NCBI RefSeq assembly: GCF_006345805.1
Contig: NW_021835375.1
Span: 1-40,410, forward strand
Origin: Octopus sinensis
Taxonomy: Eukaryota
Reading direction: 5' to 3'
DNA length: 40,410 bases
In this document: one piece after another, positions 1 to 12,067 of the stretch
Position numbering within the stretch: position 1 is the stretch's first letter
Layout of the letters: the number at the start of each line of letters is the position of its first letter
Position numbers and translations under genes: made by a program
Notes under the pieces: model-generated
Databases searched by the model: none
The model's input: the letters and a program-made list of their open reading frames with translations, nothing else
What the model was told of the DNA's origin: nothing

Positions 1-598
1 ATTTGGTAGACGGAAACTGCTTGAAAACCGGCGTTGGTGTGTTTCCGTACCGTAACTTAGCGATTCAGCAAAAATTATCTAACCTTTCTTAGATAATTTT
101 CGAACACTATCATTTCGTTCTCTCTATCTTCATCTGTTTTCCCTCTCTCTCTCTAATTTTCTGTTTCTCTTTCTTTTATTTTTTCTTCTTTTCCCCATTT
201 TCTTTCTCCCTCCATGTTATTCTCTGATTCTTTTTCCGTTTCTTTCTTTCACCTAACTTGTATAAGCACACACAAGGAGATTTTGTGCGTATGCGCATGT
301 GCGTGCCTATACTTATATATGCATTTATATATATTTATGTCTTGCCTATATATGTCTGTGTATTTATGTATGTTTAGTGTATATACATATATTATAGATA
401 GTTTGGTATGTGTATATATCGCTAAATGTATATGTGATCTAGCGTGAAATATTTTTAAACGGATATATCCTTTAATAGAATAAGTACTAGGCTTTAAAAA
501 ATAAGTCTTGGTGTTGATTTGTTCGACTTAAACCCTACGAAGCGGTGCCCCAGTATAACCACTGTCAAATGACTGAAACAAGTAAAAGAATAAAAGAA
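1..598 (+). mobile_element. tRNA-derived SINE (octopus CORE-like family), 3' part, interrupted by low-complexity DNA
   Basis: 1-75 (GATTTGGTAGACGGAAACTG, CGTAACTTAGCG) and 475-598 (ATAGAATAAGTACTAGGCTT...GACTGAAACAAGTAAAAGA) match the better-preserved copy at 22986-23361. Confidence 0.65.
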
Positions 599-755
599 CA
601 GTTTCAGTAGGACATACTTGGGAGTTCAGCACGAAAATGTGATGACTGTTGCTTTAGATAAAATGATATGGGGGAGGTGTCACGATCATGCAATGAATAG
701 TGGACGGAGAAAATGGACTGGACGAAAGCCCGAAGTTTTATGTTTAATCTTGACT

Positions 756-1148
756 GGCGGAGGTGTGGCTATGTGGTGAGAAATTTGTTTCTTAACCACG
801 TAGTTTCAGGTTCAGTACTACTGCGTGGCACACTAGGCATGTTAGTCTTCCGCTATAGTTTCCAGTTGACCAAATCCTTCTGACTACTGTTTGACGGAAA
901 GTAAAAAAACAACAAAAAAAACCGTCGTGTATAATGCACATGTATGTCGGTGTGTGAGAAGGTTTTGTTTGTCTCCACGCTACCACTTGACCACTGGTGT
1001 AACTTTATGTCTTTTTAACTTAACGGTTAAGTAAAAAGCCACCCGTAGAATTAGTGCACTTAAAAACTTAAGTTTTGTACACGAATTGCTCTACTAACTT
1101 GAAAGCGGTGCTCTAGCATGGCCTCTGTCCAGTTATTGAAACAAGTAA
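756..1148 (+). mobile_element. old diverged copy of the same SINE family
   Basis: Head GGCGGAGGTGTGGCTATGTGG, B-box-like CAGGTTCAGT, tail GCGGTGCTCTAGCATGGCC...GAAACAAGTAA. Confidence 0.6.
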
Positions 1149-1179
1149 TATATATATGTGCGTGTGTGTGTGTGTGTAT

Positions 1180-1394
1180 GCGTGGATGCGCGGTAAGAAC
1201 TTGTTTCCCGACCACATGGTTCCGGGTTCATTGCCATTGTGTGGCCCTTGGGCAGGTGTCTTCTGCTATAACCTCAGGCTGACCAGAGCCTTGTGAGTGG
1301 ATTTGTCGACGAAAACTCAAAGGAGCCGTGTTGTATATATATATATATTATAATATATAATATATATATATATATAGTATATATATTATATATA

Positions 1395-1457
<63 letters not shown>

Positions 1458-1460
1458 AAT

Positions 1461-1514
<54 letters not shown>

Positions 1515-1722
1515 ATATTCGTGTGTTTGTTCCACCACCATTGCTTTACAACGGATGTTGTGTGTGTTACGTACCGTAACTCAGCATTTCGGCAAAAGAG
1601 ACCAATCTAATAAGAACTGTTAAGAAAGAATAAGGCCTGGGGTTGATTTGTTCGATTAAAACTCCTTAAAGGGGTGCTCCAGTATAGCCGCAGTCAACTG
1701 ACTGAAACAAGTAAAATAAAAA
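1180..1722 (+). mobile_element. SINE with about 185-bp internal (TA)n expansion
   Basis: CCACATGGTTCCGGGTTCA head, CCTTGGGCAGGTGTCTT core, (TA)n 1335-1518, tail ending GACTGAAACAAGTAAAATAAAA. Confidence 0.75.
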
Positions 1723-1897
1723 TACAAAATATATTTATATACATATATATATACATGTATAACATTTTTAGGATTTAAGAATTTAAGGATATATATATAT
1801 ATATATGCATGCATGTATTTGTGTATGTATGTATCTTTATACATGTATGTGCATGTGTATATCTTGTCCTATATCTTACCCAACTGCGCACTCCCAA

Positions 1898-1948
1898 GCA
1901 GTCTGTCTGTCTGTCTGTCTGTCTGCCTGCCTGCTTGCCTATTCATCC

Positions 1949-2029
<81 letters not shown>

Positions 2030-2065
2030 CCTACCTACCTACCTACCTACCTACCTACCTACCTA
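1898..2065. repeat. compound tetranucleotide microsatellite (TCTG)n(TCTA)n(CCTA)n
   Basis: Seen directly; source of the LSIY/YLSI pseudo-ORFs. Confidence 0.95.
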
Positions 2066-2614
2066 TCACCCTAATAACTGTCTCTATTTAATAAAAAAAA
2101 AACATAACGTTCATCTGTCGTTTATGGGCAAAAAATTTGGAATCAATAATAAAAAAGCGTTGGAGCTGGCACACGCATGCGTATTAAGCACATTAAATGT
2201 AAAACACTAACACAAACCTGACAGTTAATGTTTCTTATTTCTTGGGGCGATCAATCTGAGGGGAAGGGGACGAGCTGGCAACGAAATCAGGACGGTATGG
2301 GGCGAATGTATCTAAGATGAAAAGATCGAAGTGATCGTTAGCTTGATGTCTTGGTGTCTTGGTGGTTTCGCGGCTTTGTTTGTTGTGTAGGGGGTGAGCT
2401 AATCAATGATTAATCGATTTTTAGTGATTCTTTTGTACGTTTTAACTTGCTAAATCCATTTAAAGATCAATGTCTGCAGTAGGTTTCCCATTAAGGGCGA
2501 AACCTATACATGCCAACACAAACACGTATTGTCTATAGGTTTTCTCGACGTTTAAGTACAGCGTGACTGGGTGAATACATTTTCGTTTCTCGTTTTTCAA
2601 TAAGAACGCATGAT

Positions 2615-2817
2615 TATTTTCTTTCATCTTTTACTGCGGCCATGCTGGGGCACGGCTTGACGGGTTTTCGGCGAAAAATCGACTCCAGTATTAATTTGTA
2701 TTTTTTTTAAGGTTGTACATATTGTACAAACCCATTTTGCCGAACCGTTAGATTAATGCAATAAACAAACAACAAATACCGATAGTCAAGCAGGTGTGGC
2801 AAACAAACACAAACATA

Positions 2818-2905
<88 letters not shown>

Positions 2906-2990
2906 TCATATTATGTATGCATGTATTTGACAGGCATTATACAGATTTCGTCTACCGAAATCACTCACAAGGTTTTGGTTGAGCCAGTAA
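2615..2990 (-). mobile_element. 5'-truncated SINE
   Basis: Reverse complement contains ACCAAAACCTTGTGAGTGAT core and GTGCCCCAGCATGGCCGCAGTAAAAGATGAAAG tail. Confidence 0.6.
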
Positions 2991-3250
2991 ATGTATCTGG
3001 TAAATAGAAACGAAACAAGCCGGTCGTATATGTGTGTGTGTATGTGTGCGTGTGTGTGAATGTGTATATCTGTGTTTATCCTCCACTACCTCTTCACAAC
3101 TGTTGTTGGTGTCGTTATATGCCCGAAACTTAGCGGTTCGCCAAATAGACCAGGCTTACAAAATGTGTATTGGAAGTCATTCATTCGACTAAAATTCGCG
3201 GTGGTTTCTCAACATGGCCGCAGTCTAATGATTGAAACAAATGAAAAGAC
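2991..3250 (+). mobile_element. 5'-truncated SINE, back-to-back with the previous copy
   Basis: AAACTTAGCGGTTCG, CATGGCCGCAGTCTAATGATTGAAACAAATGAAAAGA tail. Confidence 0.6.
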
Positions 3251-3278
3251 TACAGAGAATATATATACTAGATATATA

Positions 3279-3509
3279 TTTTTTTTATTGCCCACAAGGG
3301 GCTAAACATAGAGGGGACAAAGAAGGACAGACAAAGGGATTAAGTCGACTACATCGACCCCAGTGCGTATCTGGTACTTAATTTATCGACCCCGAAAGGA
3401 TAAAAGGCAAAGTCGACCTCGGCGGAATTTGAACTCAGAACGTAGCGGCAGACGATATACCGCTAAGCATTTCGCCCGGCGTGCTAACGCTTCTGCCAGC
3501 TCACCGCCT
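3279..3509 (-). mobile_element. tRNA-derived SINE, second family (central domain resembles my recollection of the MetaSINE Meta domain)
   Basis: Reverse complement: GGCGGTGAGCTGGCAGAAGCGTTAGC head, GAGTTCAAATTCC B-box, GGTCGACTTTGCCTTTTATCCTTTCGGGGTCGATAAATTAAGTACCAG, A-tail. Closely related copy at 20240-20456. Confidence 0.8.
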
Positions 3510-3524
3510 TGCATTATTAGATAT

Positions 3525-4445
3525 ATTATATCAGGCTAAGTAAGCAACGTTTTGAAACATGAAATTTATCACAATATATTCGATAAAGCGGAAATTTTAT
3601 TCATCAAAGTAAGTACCATTACAATCAACACATTTTTGCCAACGTGTTACAAGTTTATTCTGGTAACATAAAAATCTGGAGTTCTGGAGCTGATGAACTC
3701 TTTCAACGCACTTTCAGCATCGGTTTGGTTTTGAACTCCTTCTCTCGCAGAATAACTTCAAGGTGCTTGAAAATGTGTTAGGCGACAAGAGAAAGGTCTG
3801 GGGAATAAGCTGGGTGGGGAAAAACTTCGTTGCCAAGTTACCTCAACTTCTGGAGCGTCATTAGTAAAACATGTGACCAAGCATTGTCATGAAGAATGGC
3901 TGACTCTCTTCTGTTCGACCAGTCTGGGACGGAGAGGTAGCAGTTTTTCGTTCATTTTGGCAATTTCATGGCAATATGATTCTGCAGTAATGATTTTCCG
4001 GGTTTTAAGAAGTTATAGTGGATGTATCCAACAGTACACCACCAAAGTGACTCAAAATCATTTTTTGTTGAAGAACTCGGGTTTAGGGAAGGTTTTCGGT
4101 ACTTCATTTTGGTCCAACCACTGCGAAGAACTGTTTTTTTTTATTGTACAGAATTTACTTTTCATCGCAAGTTACAATACGGTCGGGATCGGTCTGGGTT
4201 CGGAGAAGAAGCGTCGAGTAAATTTCATATCTGCACATTTTCTGATTTCCATTCAAATCATGTGGTACCTATATGTCGAGCTTTTTTTTATTTATATTTT
4301 CCGATTGCATGCAAATGGTTGCAGGCAGTTTTCTGGCTAACTTGAGTTCTTTAGCCAGTTCTCGAGTGGTTTTACGTAGATCTTTCAAACTGAGCAACTG
4401 TCAAAGTTTCCCGTATGCCTTACTACAAATTTCATACTTGACGAC
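3525..4445 (-). mobile_element. mariner (DD34D) transposase remnant
   Basis: Minus-strand translation across stops and frameshifts: VPHDL...DRIVTCDEK...ILHDNAWSH...HPAYSPDL...RWQKCVDCNGTYFDE*. ORF 3873..4340(+) is its antisense frame. Confidence 0.85.
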
Positions 4446-4859
4446 CTAATACATATATATTTATATGCATGTATGTATATATATATAAGTAAAATATACA
4501 CACACGCATATATATGTATGTATATATTTACATATTTATATATATAAGTATATGTATATGTATATTTATATATATATGTATATATATATGTACATATATA
4601 TGTATATATATATATACACATATATTCATATATATGTATAAATTCATATATGTATATACAGTATATATGTATATGTATATACAGTATATATATGTATATA
4701 CAGTATATATATGTATATACAGTATATATATGTATATACAGTATATATATATATATATATGTATATGTATATATATATATATGTATATAAATTCATATAT
4801 GTTTATATATATATATATATATGTATATAAATTCATATATGCTTATATGCATATATATA

Positions 4860-5732
4860 CATGTATTAGACAAAATAATGGGAACACCTAGCATCGTAGC
4901 ATCATCATTTTGAAATATCTATAAAAAAGTTTTCCACGAAAACTGTTCGCCGGGAACTGCACAAGACTAGATTTCAGGGGAGGCTGCAATCAGAAAACCA
5001 CTACTTTCAGAAACAAAATTCTAAAGCGTTCAGAGTGGGCACAAACCTACAGAATTGTCCCTAACAACGGAAGAAGAATGTTATTTTCTCGGACGAGACA
5101 TCCTTTACCTTATTTCCGACCACTGGCCGAGTATACGAGTGGAGACAGCGAAAAGAAGCATTAAACCCAGATTGCCTTCTTCCAATGGTTAAACTTGGAG
5201 GAGAATATATGGTGATATATGGTGGTGGTGGTGAGGGGCTATGTCTTGGAAATCCGCCGACCCAATAGTTTCCCTTCATGGCAGAATTAATAAAGTCTTT
5301 TAAGCATTTTATCTGATCAAATTCATCCTATGGCCGCGGAACTGTTTCCGCAGGGAAACGCAATCTTTCAGAATGATAATGCACCAATTCACAGAGCTAA
5401 AGTTGTTACTAAATGGCACGAGGAACATTCTAGTGAAGTTGAACATCTTATCTGGCAAATCTCATTCCCCAGATCTCAATATTATTGAACATGTATGGTG
5501 CATTTTAAAAAACAAGTAATGAATTGGTATCCTCCACCAGCATCACTACAAGAAATGGAGACTGTTTTAACTGAGGAATGGACAAAATTTACTTTTGAAA
5601 CAATTCAAACTGTCCATGAGTCCATACCTTGTAGAATTAAGCTGTAATTATTGGCAAAATCTGTCCTACAGCATATTAAAATAAATTTGTTTGAAATTTC
5701 AAGGCGTTTCCTTTATTTTGTCAAACCCCTCG
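4860..5732 (+). mobile_element. Tc1-like (DD34E) transposon, internally deleted
   Basis: TIRs (GACAAAATAATGGGAACAC ... CGTTTCCTTTATTTTGTC); motifs FSDETSF, FQNDNAPIH, PDLNIIEHVW; N-terminal coding region missing. Confidence 0.85.
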
Positions 5733-5761
5733 ATATATATACATGTGTGTGTGTGTGTGTG

Positions 5762-5965
5762 TGTATGCGTGCTTGTACCTCCACTATCGCTTGAAAACTG
5801 ATGTTGCTGTGTTTACGTCCCCGTAACTTAGCCGTTTGGTAAAACACTCCGATAGAATAAGTACTAGGCTTACATAGAATAAATGCTGGAGTCGATTTCT
5901 TCGACTAAAAGCGGTGCTCCAGTATGTCCGAAGTCACATGACCGAAACAAATAAAACAATAAAAA
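5762..5965 (+). mobile_element. SINE 3' half
   Basis: TTTACGTCCCCGTAACTTAGC...GATAGAATAAGTACTAGGCTTAC...GCGGTGCTCCAGTATG. Confidence 0.7.
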
Positions 5966-6146
5966 ACTATGCCATTTTTATCCTGAGCAACGCCGCGTAT
6001 CTCTGATAATAAAATATTAAACTTCACAACTACATGGTGTCGGTGTCTTATATATACATATACATGCCTATACATATACATATACATATACATGCCTATA
6101 CATATATATATACATATACATGTCTTATATATACATATACATGCCT

Positions 6147-6185
<39 letters not shown>

Positions 6186-6194
6186 AAGTTTGAG

Positions 6195-6670
6195 GGGTAT
6201 TGGTGTCAAGAATACTCAAGATGTGTCAGGTGATACTAAGTAAGTGCTATGGTTAGACCATGGTTAAGCTCCAGGTTCGATAATGATACGAATGAGGAGT
6301 CCAACGTGGGTCATATATTAGCATGCATATATACATTGACAGAATGCGATAAAAAATCCAAGGCTGTAAATAGTTTTCAAAACATTTATAAAGAAAAGTT
6401 CTTACAGCTGTTTTCGGGATATTTTATATATACCTTCATTAGAGAGGGAGCTGCAAATACAATATCCAAATGTATCGCTCTTCTATTTTCATTCTCTTAG
6501 TTCCCTCTGTATTTCATATCTTCTTTACAATAATTAATATTCAAACATTTTCTCGCACCGTCTCGTCTCTGATGAAGGGATATATAAAACATCCCGGAAA
6601 CAGCTGTAAGACGTTTTCTTTATAAATGTTCTTAAAACTATTTACAGTCTTGGATTTTTTAAATCTCATC
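6195..6670. mobile_element. probable PLE 3'-end/pLTR remnant joined to an inverted copy of itself
   Basis: 6351-6446 and 6566-6660 are inverted repeats, both spanning a hammerhead motif. 6195-6390 also matches 6985-7170 (direct) and 8024-8200 (inverted). Confidence 0.6.
6564..6613 (+). ncRNA. type I minimal hammerhead ribozyme motif
   Basis: CGTCT-CTGATGA-a-GGGAT(9 nt)ATCCC-g-GAAA-CAGCTG-TA-AGACG: perfect 5-bp stem I, 5-bp stem II, palindromic stem III (ACAGCTGT), GUA site after 6608. Confidence 0.75.
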
Positions 6671-6704
6671 TGTCTATTTTATATATATTATATATATGTA
6701 TATA

Positions 6705-6950
6705 ATATTCTGCCAAAGAGTCTGAGGAACTTGCACAAAGTAGATGTAGCGTTTTTTAAATCAAAGCTGGACATCTTCCTGTCAAGAGTCCCAGATGAAC
6801 CTACCTCACGGCAAGAGGTGCAAATGACAGTAGCTGTATCAAACTCCATTCTTCACCAAGTGCCACATATTAGACGAGGTTCATCGTAATAACAGTGTAG
6901 CACAAAACGGCGGTGTATCAGCATGGCCGAAGCTTTGAGCTGAAACTAGA
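6705..6950 (+). mobile_element. CR1-like LINE 3' end
   Basis: NILPKSLRNLHKVDVAFFKSKLDIFLSRVPDEP...AVSNSILHQ, a LINE RT C-terminal tail; related copies at 32050, 33365 and 36968. Clade assignment tentative. Confidence 0.7.
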
Positions 6951-6969
6951 AATATATATATATATAAAG

Positions 6970-8217
6970 GTTATGGGAGGTAATGTTGTCAGTAAGACCC
7001 AAAGGTGTCAGGTAATGCTCAGTAAATGCTATGGACAGACTAAAGTTAAGCTCGGTGATTATGCGAACGAGGAATCCAACGTAGGTCATATATCAGTATG
7101 TGTTTATAAAAAAAAAAAATTCAAAATGTGATAAAAATCCAAGGCTGTGAAAGGATTTAGAACATTTATAATTTTAAATACTATATCTGTATAAATATAT
7201 ACATACATGTCTAATATATGCATCTGTATAAATCTTCACGTATATGCTTTTTTTCTACTACTAAGTACTGACATGTCTAACCACCTAATCTATATTCCTA
7301 AGTTCTACATTCCACCATATTACTACCCTCTCTCTGCCCAAGCACTTAGACTCTATCACTACATAAATGACACTCCTTTAACTTTTACACTATTATACAT
7401 CTCTTTCTCTCTCTATCACCCCTATTCATTCTATCTGACACTCCTTTACTCTGTACCCTATCATCTTTTTACATCCGAATATCTTTCTCTCTCTATCACC
7501 CTCATCTCGCCATTCCTCCTTTCAAGCTATCTTGCCTGACCACTAACTGGTACACTTTCCCTGTCTTCATCTCTTGAATTATCCCTCTCTTTGTTTTTCT
7601 TTTTTCGTAATTTCTTTCATTTTCTCTTTCTTTTTATTTCTCTTTTCTGTTTTATTTTCTCTTTTCTTTATTCTTCTCTTCCTGTTTTCGATATGACCTT
7701 ACAAATACATTCCCTATTTCTAGGTCACTTTAAAAAAAAACCTCGATTCAATAGCACTGTATACAAACTCTATACTTGGAATGACCAATTTTAAATACTA
7801 TTGGAACTTATTCACAAGGTATTGGAATCTTATACGTATAACATTCTTCTTAAATAATGGATCTACAAATGCAACATTTCTGAATATCTCACATCTATTT
7901 TCATTCCTCCACTTCACTCTCTATTTCATATCTTATCTAAATTAACTATTGCTTAAGCATCTTCTCACACCGCCTCCGATGAAGGGATATAATAAATATC
8001 CTAGAAACAGCTGTAAAACCTATTTATAAATGTTCTAAAATCTTCACAGCCTTGGTTTTTTTATCTCATTCTGAAAAAAATTTATATATACACATGCTGA
8101 TATATAACCTACGTTGGACACCTTATTCGCATAATCACCGAACCCAGTCTACCCATAGCACTTACTCAGCATTACCTGACACATTTAGGTATTGTTGACG
8201 CCATTATTTCTCATAAC
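6970..8217 (+). mobile_element. decayed PLE-like element with inverted terminal copies and a degenerate hammerhead
   Basis: 6970-7171 is the reverse complement of 8024-8217. Degenerate HHR CCGATGA-a-GGGATAT...ATATCCT-a-GAAACAGCTGTA at about 7972-8020. 7855-7900 weakly resembles a PLE endonuclease C-terminus. Confidence 0.5.
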
Positions 8218-8256
8218 TTCTCTCTCTCTCTTTATATATATAAATATATATATATA

Positions 8257-8767
8257 CTAGCAGTATCGCCCGGCGTTGCTCGGATTTGTAAGGGAAATAA
8301 CTATATAAGCATTTTTAGAGAGTTACTTCCCTTATAGATGCCAATTCGGGCTTTCTTAGCCATTTCTGTTTTGGTGTCTTCAAGCCATGAAGTCGTTGTT
8401 CTAAAAGAACGCTGGTCTCCTTGACAACTCTTTACGACGTTGATTTCCTTACACTCCCTTCCCCACAGCTTCACGAGGGAGGGAAGAAGGGGGAGAAGCA
8501 AACAGGTGCAGGTGTGACCATGGACGCCAACTCCGCCGCCATCGACACACGAAAAATTATGCATTAAAATGGAATAAAAAATGATGTTAAATTACTTTAA
8601 AAATCGTAAACTCATCGTAGACGCGCGCTAATATCCAGACGGCTGATATGAATCACGACTATAAGATACCCGAATTTGGTTAAACTGCACCGCAAAATGT
8701 GGGAGTAGTTAGGAATCTAAATCGAAGGGGACAGACACTCACACAACTACCGTTTTATATATATAGA
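8257..8767 (-). mobile_element. non-autonomous Helitron (511 bp)
   Basis: Minus strand starts TCTATATATATAAAACG and ends CGAGCAACGCCGGGCG hairpin + 7 nt + CTAG, inserted between A and T. All canonical Helitron terminal hallmarks. Confidence 0.8.
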
Positions 8768-8797
8768 TATATATACACAAATTAGTTACATATGTAT

Positions 8798-8841
<44 letters not shown>

Positions 8842-9185
8842 TTATAAATGTGTATATATAAATATTACACATATGTGCTTTTCTTTATGATATATATATA
8901 TATATATTGGCAGTTAGTGGTGACTGCGAAAACATGCCTGTGTGTGATCGGATATATCGATCGGTACAATAATATTAAAGTGTGTAGAAAAATCTACTGA
9001 AAGCTTAAGAGACGGAAGGTCTCAGTAGGTCCCATCATCAGGAGAAACGTACCTTCTTTCCGCTATGGCCTTGACTGTCCGATGGTGCCTCTCCACGATC
9101 CCGTTACCGCTCGGCCTATACGCTGCTCTGAACAAGCGACACACATTCCACCGATCAAGCATAACCCTCAATAATTCCGAACGAA

Positions 9186-9220
9186 ACGCCATTATTTCTC
9201 ATAACTTCTCTCTCTCTCTC

Positions 9221-9257
<37 letters not shown>

Positions 9258-9606
9258 ATATATATAAATATATATATATACTAGCAATATCGCCCGGCGT
9301 TGCTCGGGTTTGTAAGGGAAATAACTATATAAGCATTTTTAGAGAGTTACTTATAGATGCCAATTCGGGCTTTCTTAGCCATTTCTGTTTTGGTGTCTTC
9401 AAGCCATGAAGTCGTTGTTCTAAAAGAACGCTGGTCTCCTTGACAACTCTTTACGACGTTGATTTCCTTACACTCCCTTCCCCACAGCTTCACGAGGGAG
9501 GGAAGAAGGGGGAGAAGCAAACAGGTGCAGGTGTGACCATGGACGCCAACTCCGCCGCCATCGACACACGAAAAATTATGCATTAAAATGGAATAAAAAA
9601 ATGATG
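9186..9606. repeat. duplicate of 8198-8586 (includes Helitron 3' part, CTAG at 9281)
   Basis: Near-identical: a few substitutions, a 5-bp deletion and a different (CT)n length. Confidence 0.95.
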
Positions 9607-9612
9607 GTCCCA

Positions 9613-12067
9613 TCAGTAGGTCCCATCATCAGGAGAAACGTACCTTCTTTCCGCTATGACCTTGACTGTCCGGTGGTGCCTCTCCACGATCCCGTTACCG
9701 CTCGGCCTATACGCTGCTCTGAACAAGCGACACACATTCCACCGATCAAGCATAACCCTCAATACTTCCGAACGAAACGCCGCCCCGTTGTCCATCAGTA
9801 GTTCTTCCACGGGACCTCTCTCTAAAAATATCCCGTTCAGGATCTGCGCGATTTCGTCAGTAATGCCCATTCTTAACTCCCTCCAAATGGCCAGCCGACC
9901 TGGCCCGCAATCGACCATGGAGAGGTACATTCCCTGACGGTAGTGTGTCACATCCACAGGTAGCCTTTTCCAGTTCTGCACCACCGAAAGGCTTCCCTGT
10001 TCATTCCCACACGGAGCAGGGTCGATGGACTGATACCTGTCGCAGCTCCCGACCACCTTCCTGATGCTTCTCCTAGTGACGTCAGCATCAATTTCCTTCG
10101 CCAGATACAGGGTCCTGTCCACACCCAGGTGATGCATAGCGTGCAGTCGCTTCAGTTCGGAGTCATCCAACCAACACGCCGCAGCTATCCCTTTCCGGGC
10201 CTCCTCCGGTTCTTCCAACCACGCTTTTTTCACCCTGGTCAGTGCATCCGCCCTGTTTTTCTCCGAAGGCACGAAAACCACATTCAGCTTCAGTCCGAAC
10301 TCGGCGATCAATTCACCTAGAACTCCTAGAAGGCACTTCACTAACATCTCCGCGGCACCTTTCGTCCGCACTCTCCTTTCACCGGTGATCACCGATCCTA
10401 CCCAGCCAAGCACAGTGGCCGTATCTGTCCGGATTTCAATTGTGCGCAGCCCCCATTTCAGGGCCAAGTTCACCCCTTTCAGCACCGCGTCTAATTTGGC
10501 GACATTGATGTGGTTGAAATCATCTGCTTTCCGAAGTCAGGCCGCGTCCTCCACCGCAGCACCTTCGATTGCCAACACAACCCCTATCGCCATACTGCTA
10601 GCATCTCACCAGACGGTCCCGCATTCCGTTTTGGGCACGTACCAGTTCCCCCTGACCGGGTCTTCCGCTCTCGTCCTCTCTAGGATTTCCTGCATCATCG
10701 CCACCGTCCCTTCTCCCACCTTGTCGCCTCAACTCTCCCCCTCTGCTCGTCTCTTGGTGTAACTACACGCCGTGCGCAGCCATCCGGCGATCGAGTAGTG
10801 ACCGACCAACTTCCCACACACCGAGAATAGCTCTCTCCTGCTGACGCTGGAACTTAGCTCTGGGATTTCCTTCCCTCTCCGGGACACTAATTCATCCGAT
10901 CTGTCTCTTCGCAGCTTCAGCCCCAGTGCGGGTCGCCCTTCCATCGACTCCGGTGGCTTCGCAATCAGTCCGAACTTTTCCAGATGTCTAACTATCTCGT
11001 TGGCTGACACTACAGTTTCGTCCACCAAAATGTCGTCAATGTAGGACCTGGTGGCCTTTCTAATCTTGCCGTCTTTCCCTAGGACGGACTTAAGCACTGC
11101 CGCCATGATCTTCGGAGCAGAATTCACCCCGAAACCCAGCCTGGTTAAACAGTACGTCCGGCCTTTGTACCGCACCAGCTGATATCGCCACAGTTTGTCG
11201 CTCACATGGAGCTGCAAGTATGCCGATTTCAAGTCGACAATCGTCGCTGCTTCGGTCGACTGTCTCCACGCACGTAACGTCTCGCCACAAACGTCTGTCG
11301 CCTCACCTCCCGTGTGACACGATATATGCTGGTTTAGCTCCATGAAGTCCAACACCGGTCTGACTTTTCCCTTCGTAGGCTGCACCACCGCCCGTTACCT
11401 CCTCCTTCCAAGGGACAAGGACCCCTTCCTCGATCCACCTCTCCACCTCGTCTTCAAACTCAACCTTGGCGTGGCCTTTCAGGGTATGCTGGTAACAGCT
11501 CACCCTGTTTTCCAGCGTTGGGAGCTCATCCTTCCATCGCCACTCTATCGTCCACCGCTGACCATCGAACGCCGCCTGGAAGTCTTTGTCCTCGATGGTG
11601 TAAGCGGCGCAGTCCCTCGCGGGACTCTGCTCTCTCTGACGATCCTGGCTCGCAGTGCACGACGCCCCCACGCTTCCGAACGTGACCTCATTTCCCACAA
11701 CACCGACGCCACCAAGGCAGTTGATGGCGTCCATCCCCATCACCACATCAGCACCATCTATCACGCGTTCAGCCACAATTACCTGCAGCCTTATCGTCGC
11801 GCCGCGCACCACTATCTCTACCTTGCTGCTGCCTCTGCAACGGATTTCGCTGCCGTCGACCGCCCGGACGCTACTTGCCCCGTTCCATTCCTTCGTCACC
11901 CTTGAAGTCACAAGGGTGGTCGTACAGCCCGTATCCACGAGGGCCTTGAACGGCTTCCCCTCGGCCTCCACGTCAATTAATGGCAGCGTCTCCAATAGCG
12001 CCTCTACTCGTTTGCGGGAAAACTTCGAGAGGCAGCAACTTCCCCGCAGTCGTTTCCTTGGTCGCAA
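9613..12067 (-). pseudogene. pol: pol pseudogene: protease - RT - RNase H - DDE integrase
   Basis: PR ALVDTGC (D at 11933-11935); RT RPVLDF, VDLKSAYLQ, RLGFGVNSAP, YIDD (11032-11043); RH W*DASS...HINVA.LDAV...RTD; IN HAMHH...CDRY, VDVT, MDNG-X35-E. In-frame TGA at 10729, 10606 and 10537; frameshift near 11390. Confidence 0.9.

Noticed and set aside
9022-9781. 9022-9190 / 9613-9781 direct repeats as LTRs, or as a CRISPR-like or other array
   Set aside because: They consist largely of integrase coding sequence duplicated by a local rearrangement; there are only two copies and no spacer periodicity.
10537-10731. Three in-frame TGA codons in pol at apparent Trp/Cys/Trp positions, suggesting Sec/Trp recoding or G-to-A hypermutation
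   Set aside because: The element also has frameshifts and other missense damage, and no SECIS was identified. TGG->TGA is a common transition; too few sites to claim deaminase editing without a consensus.
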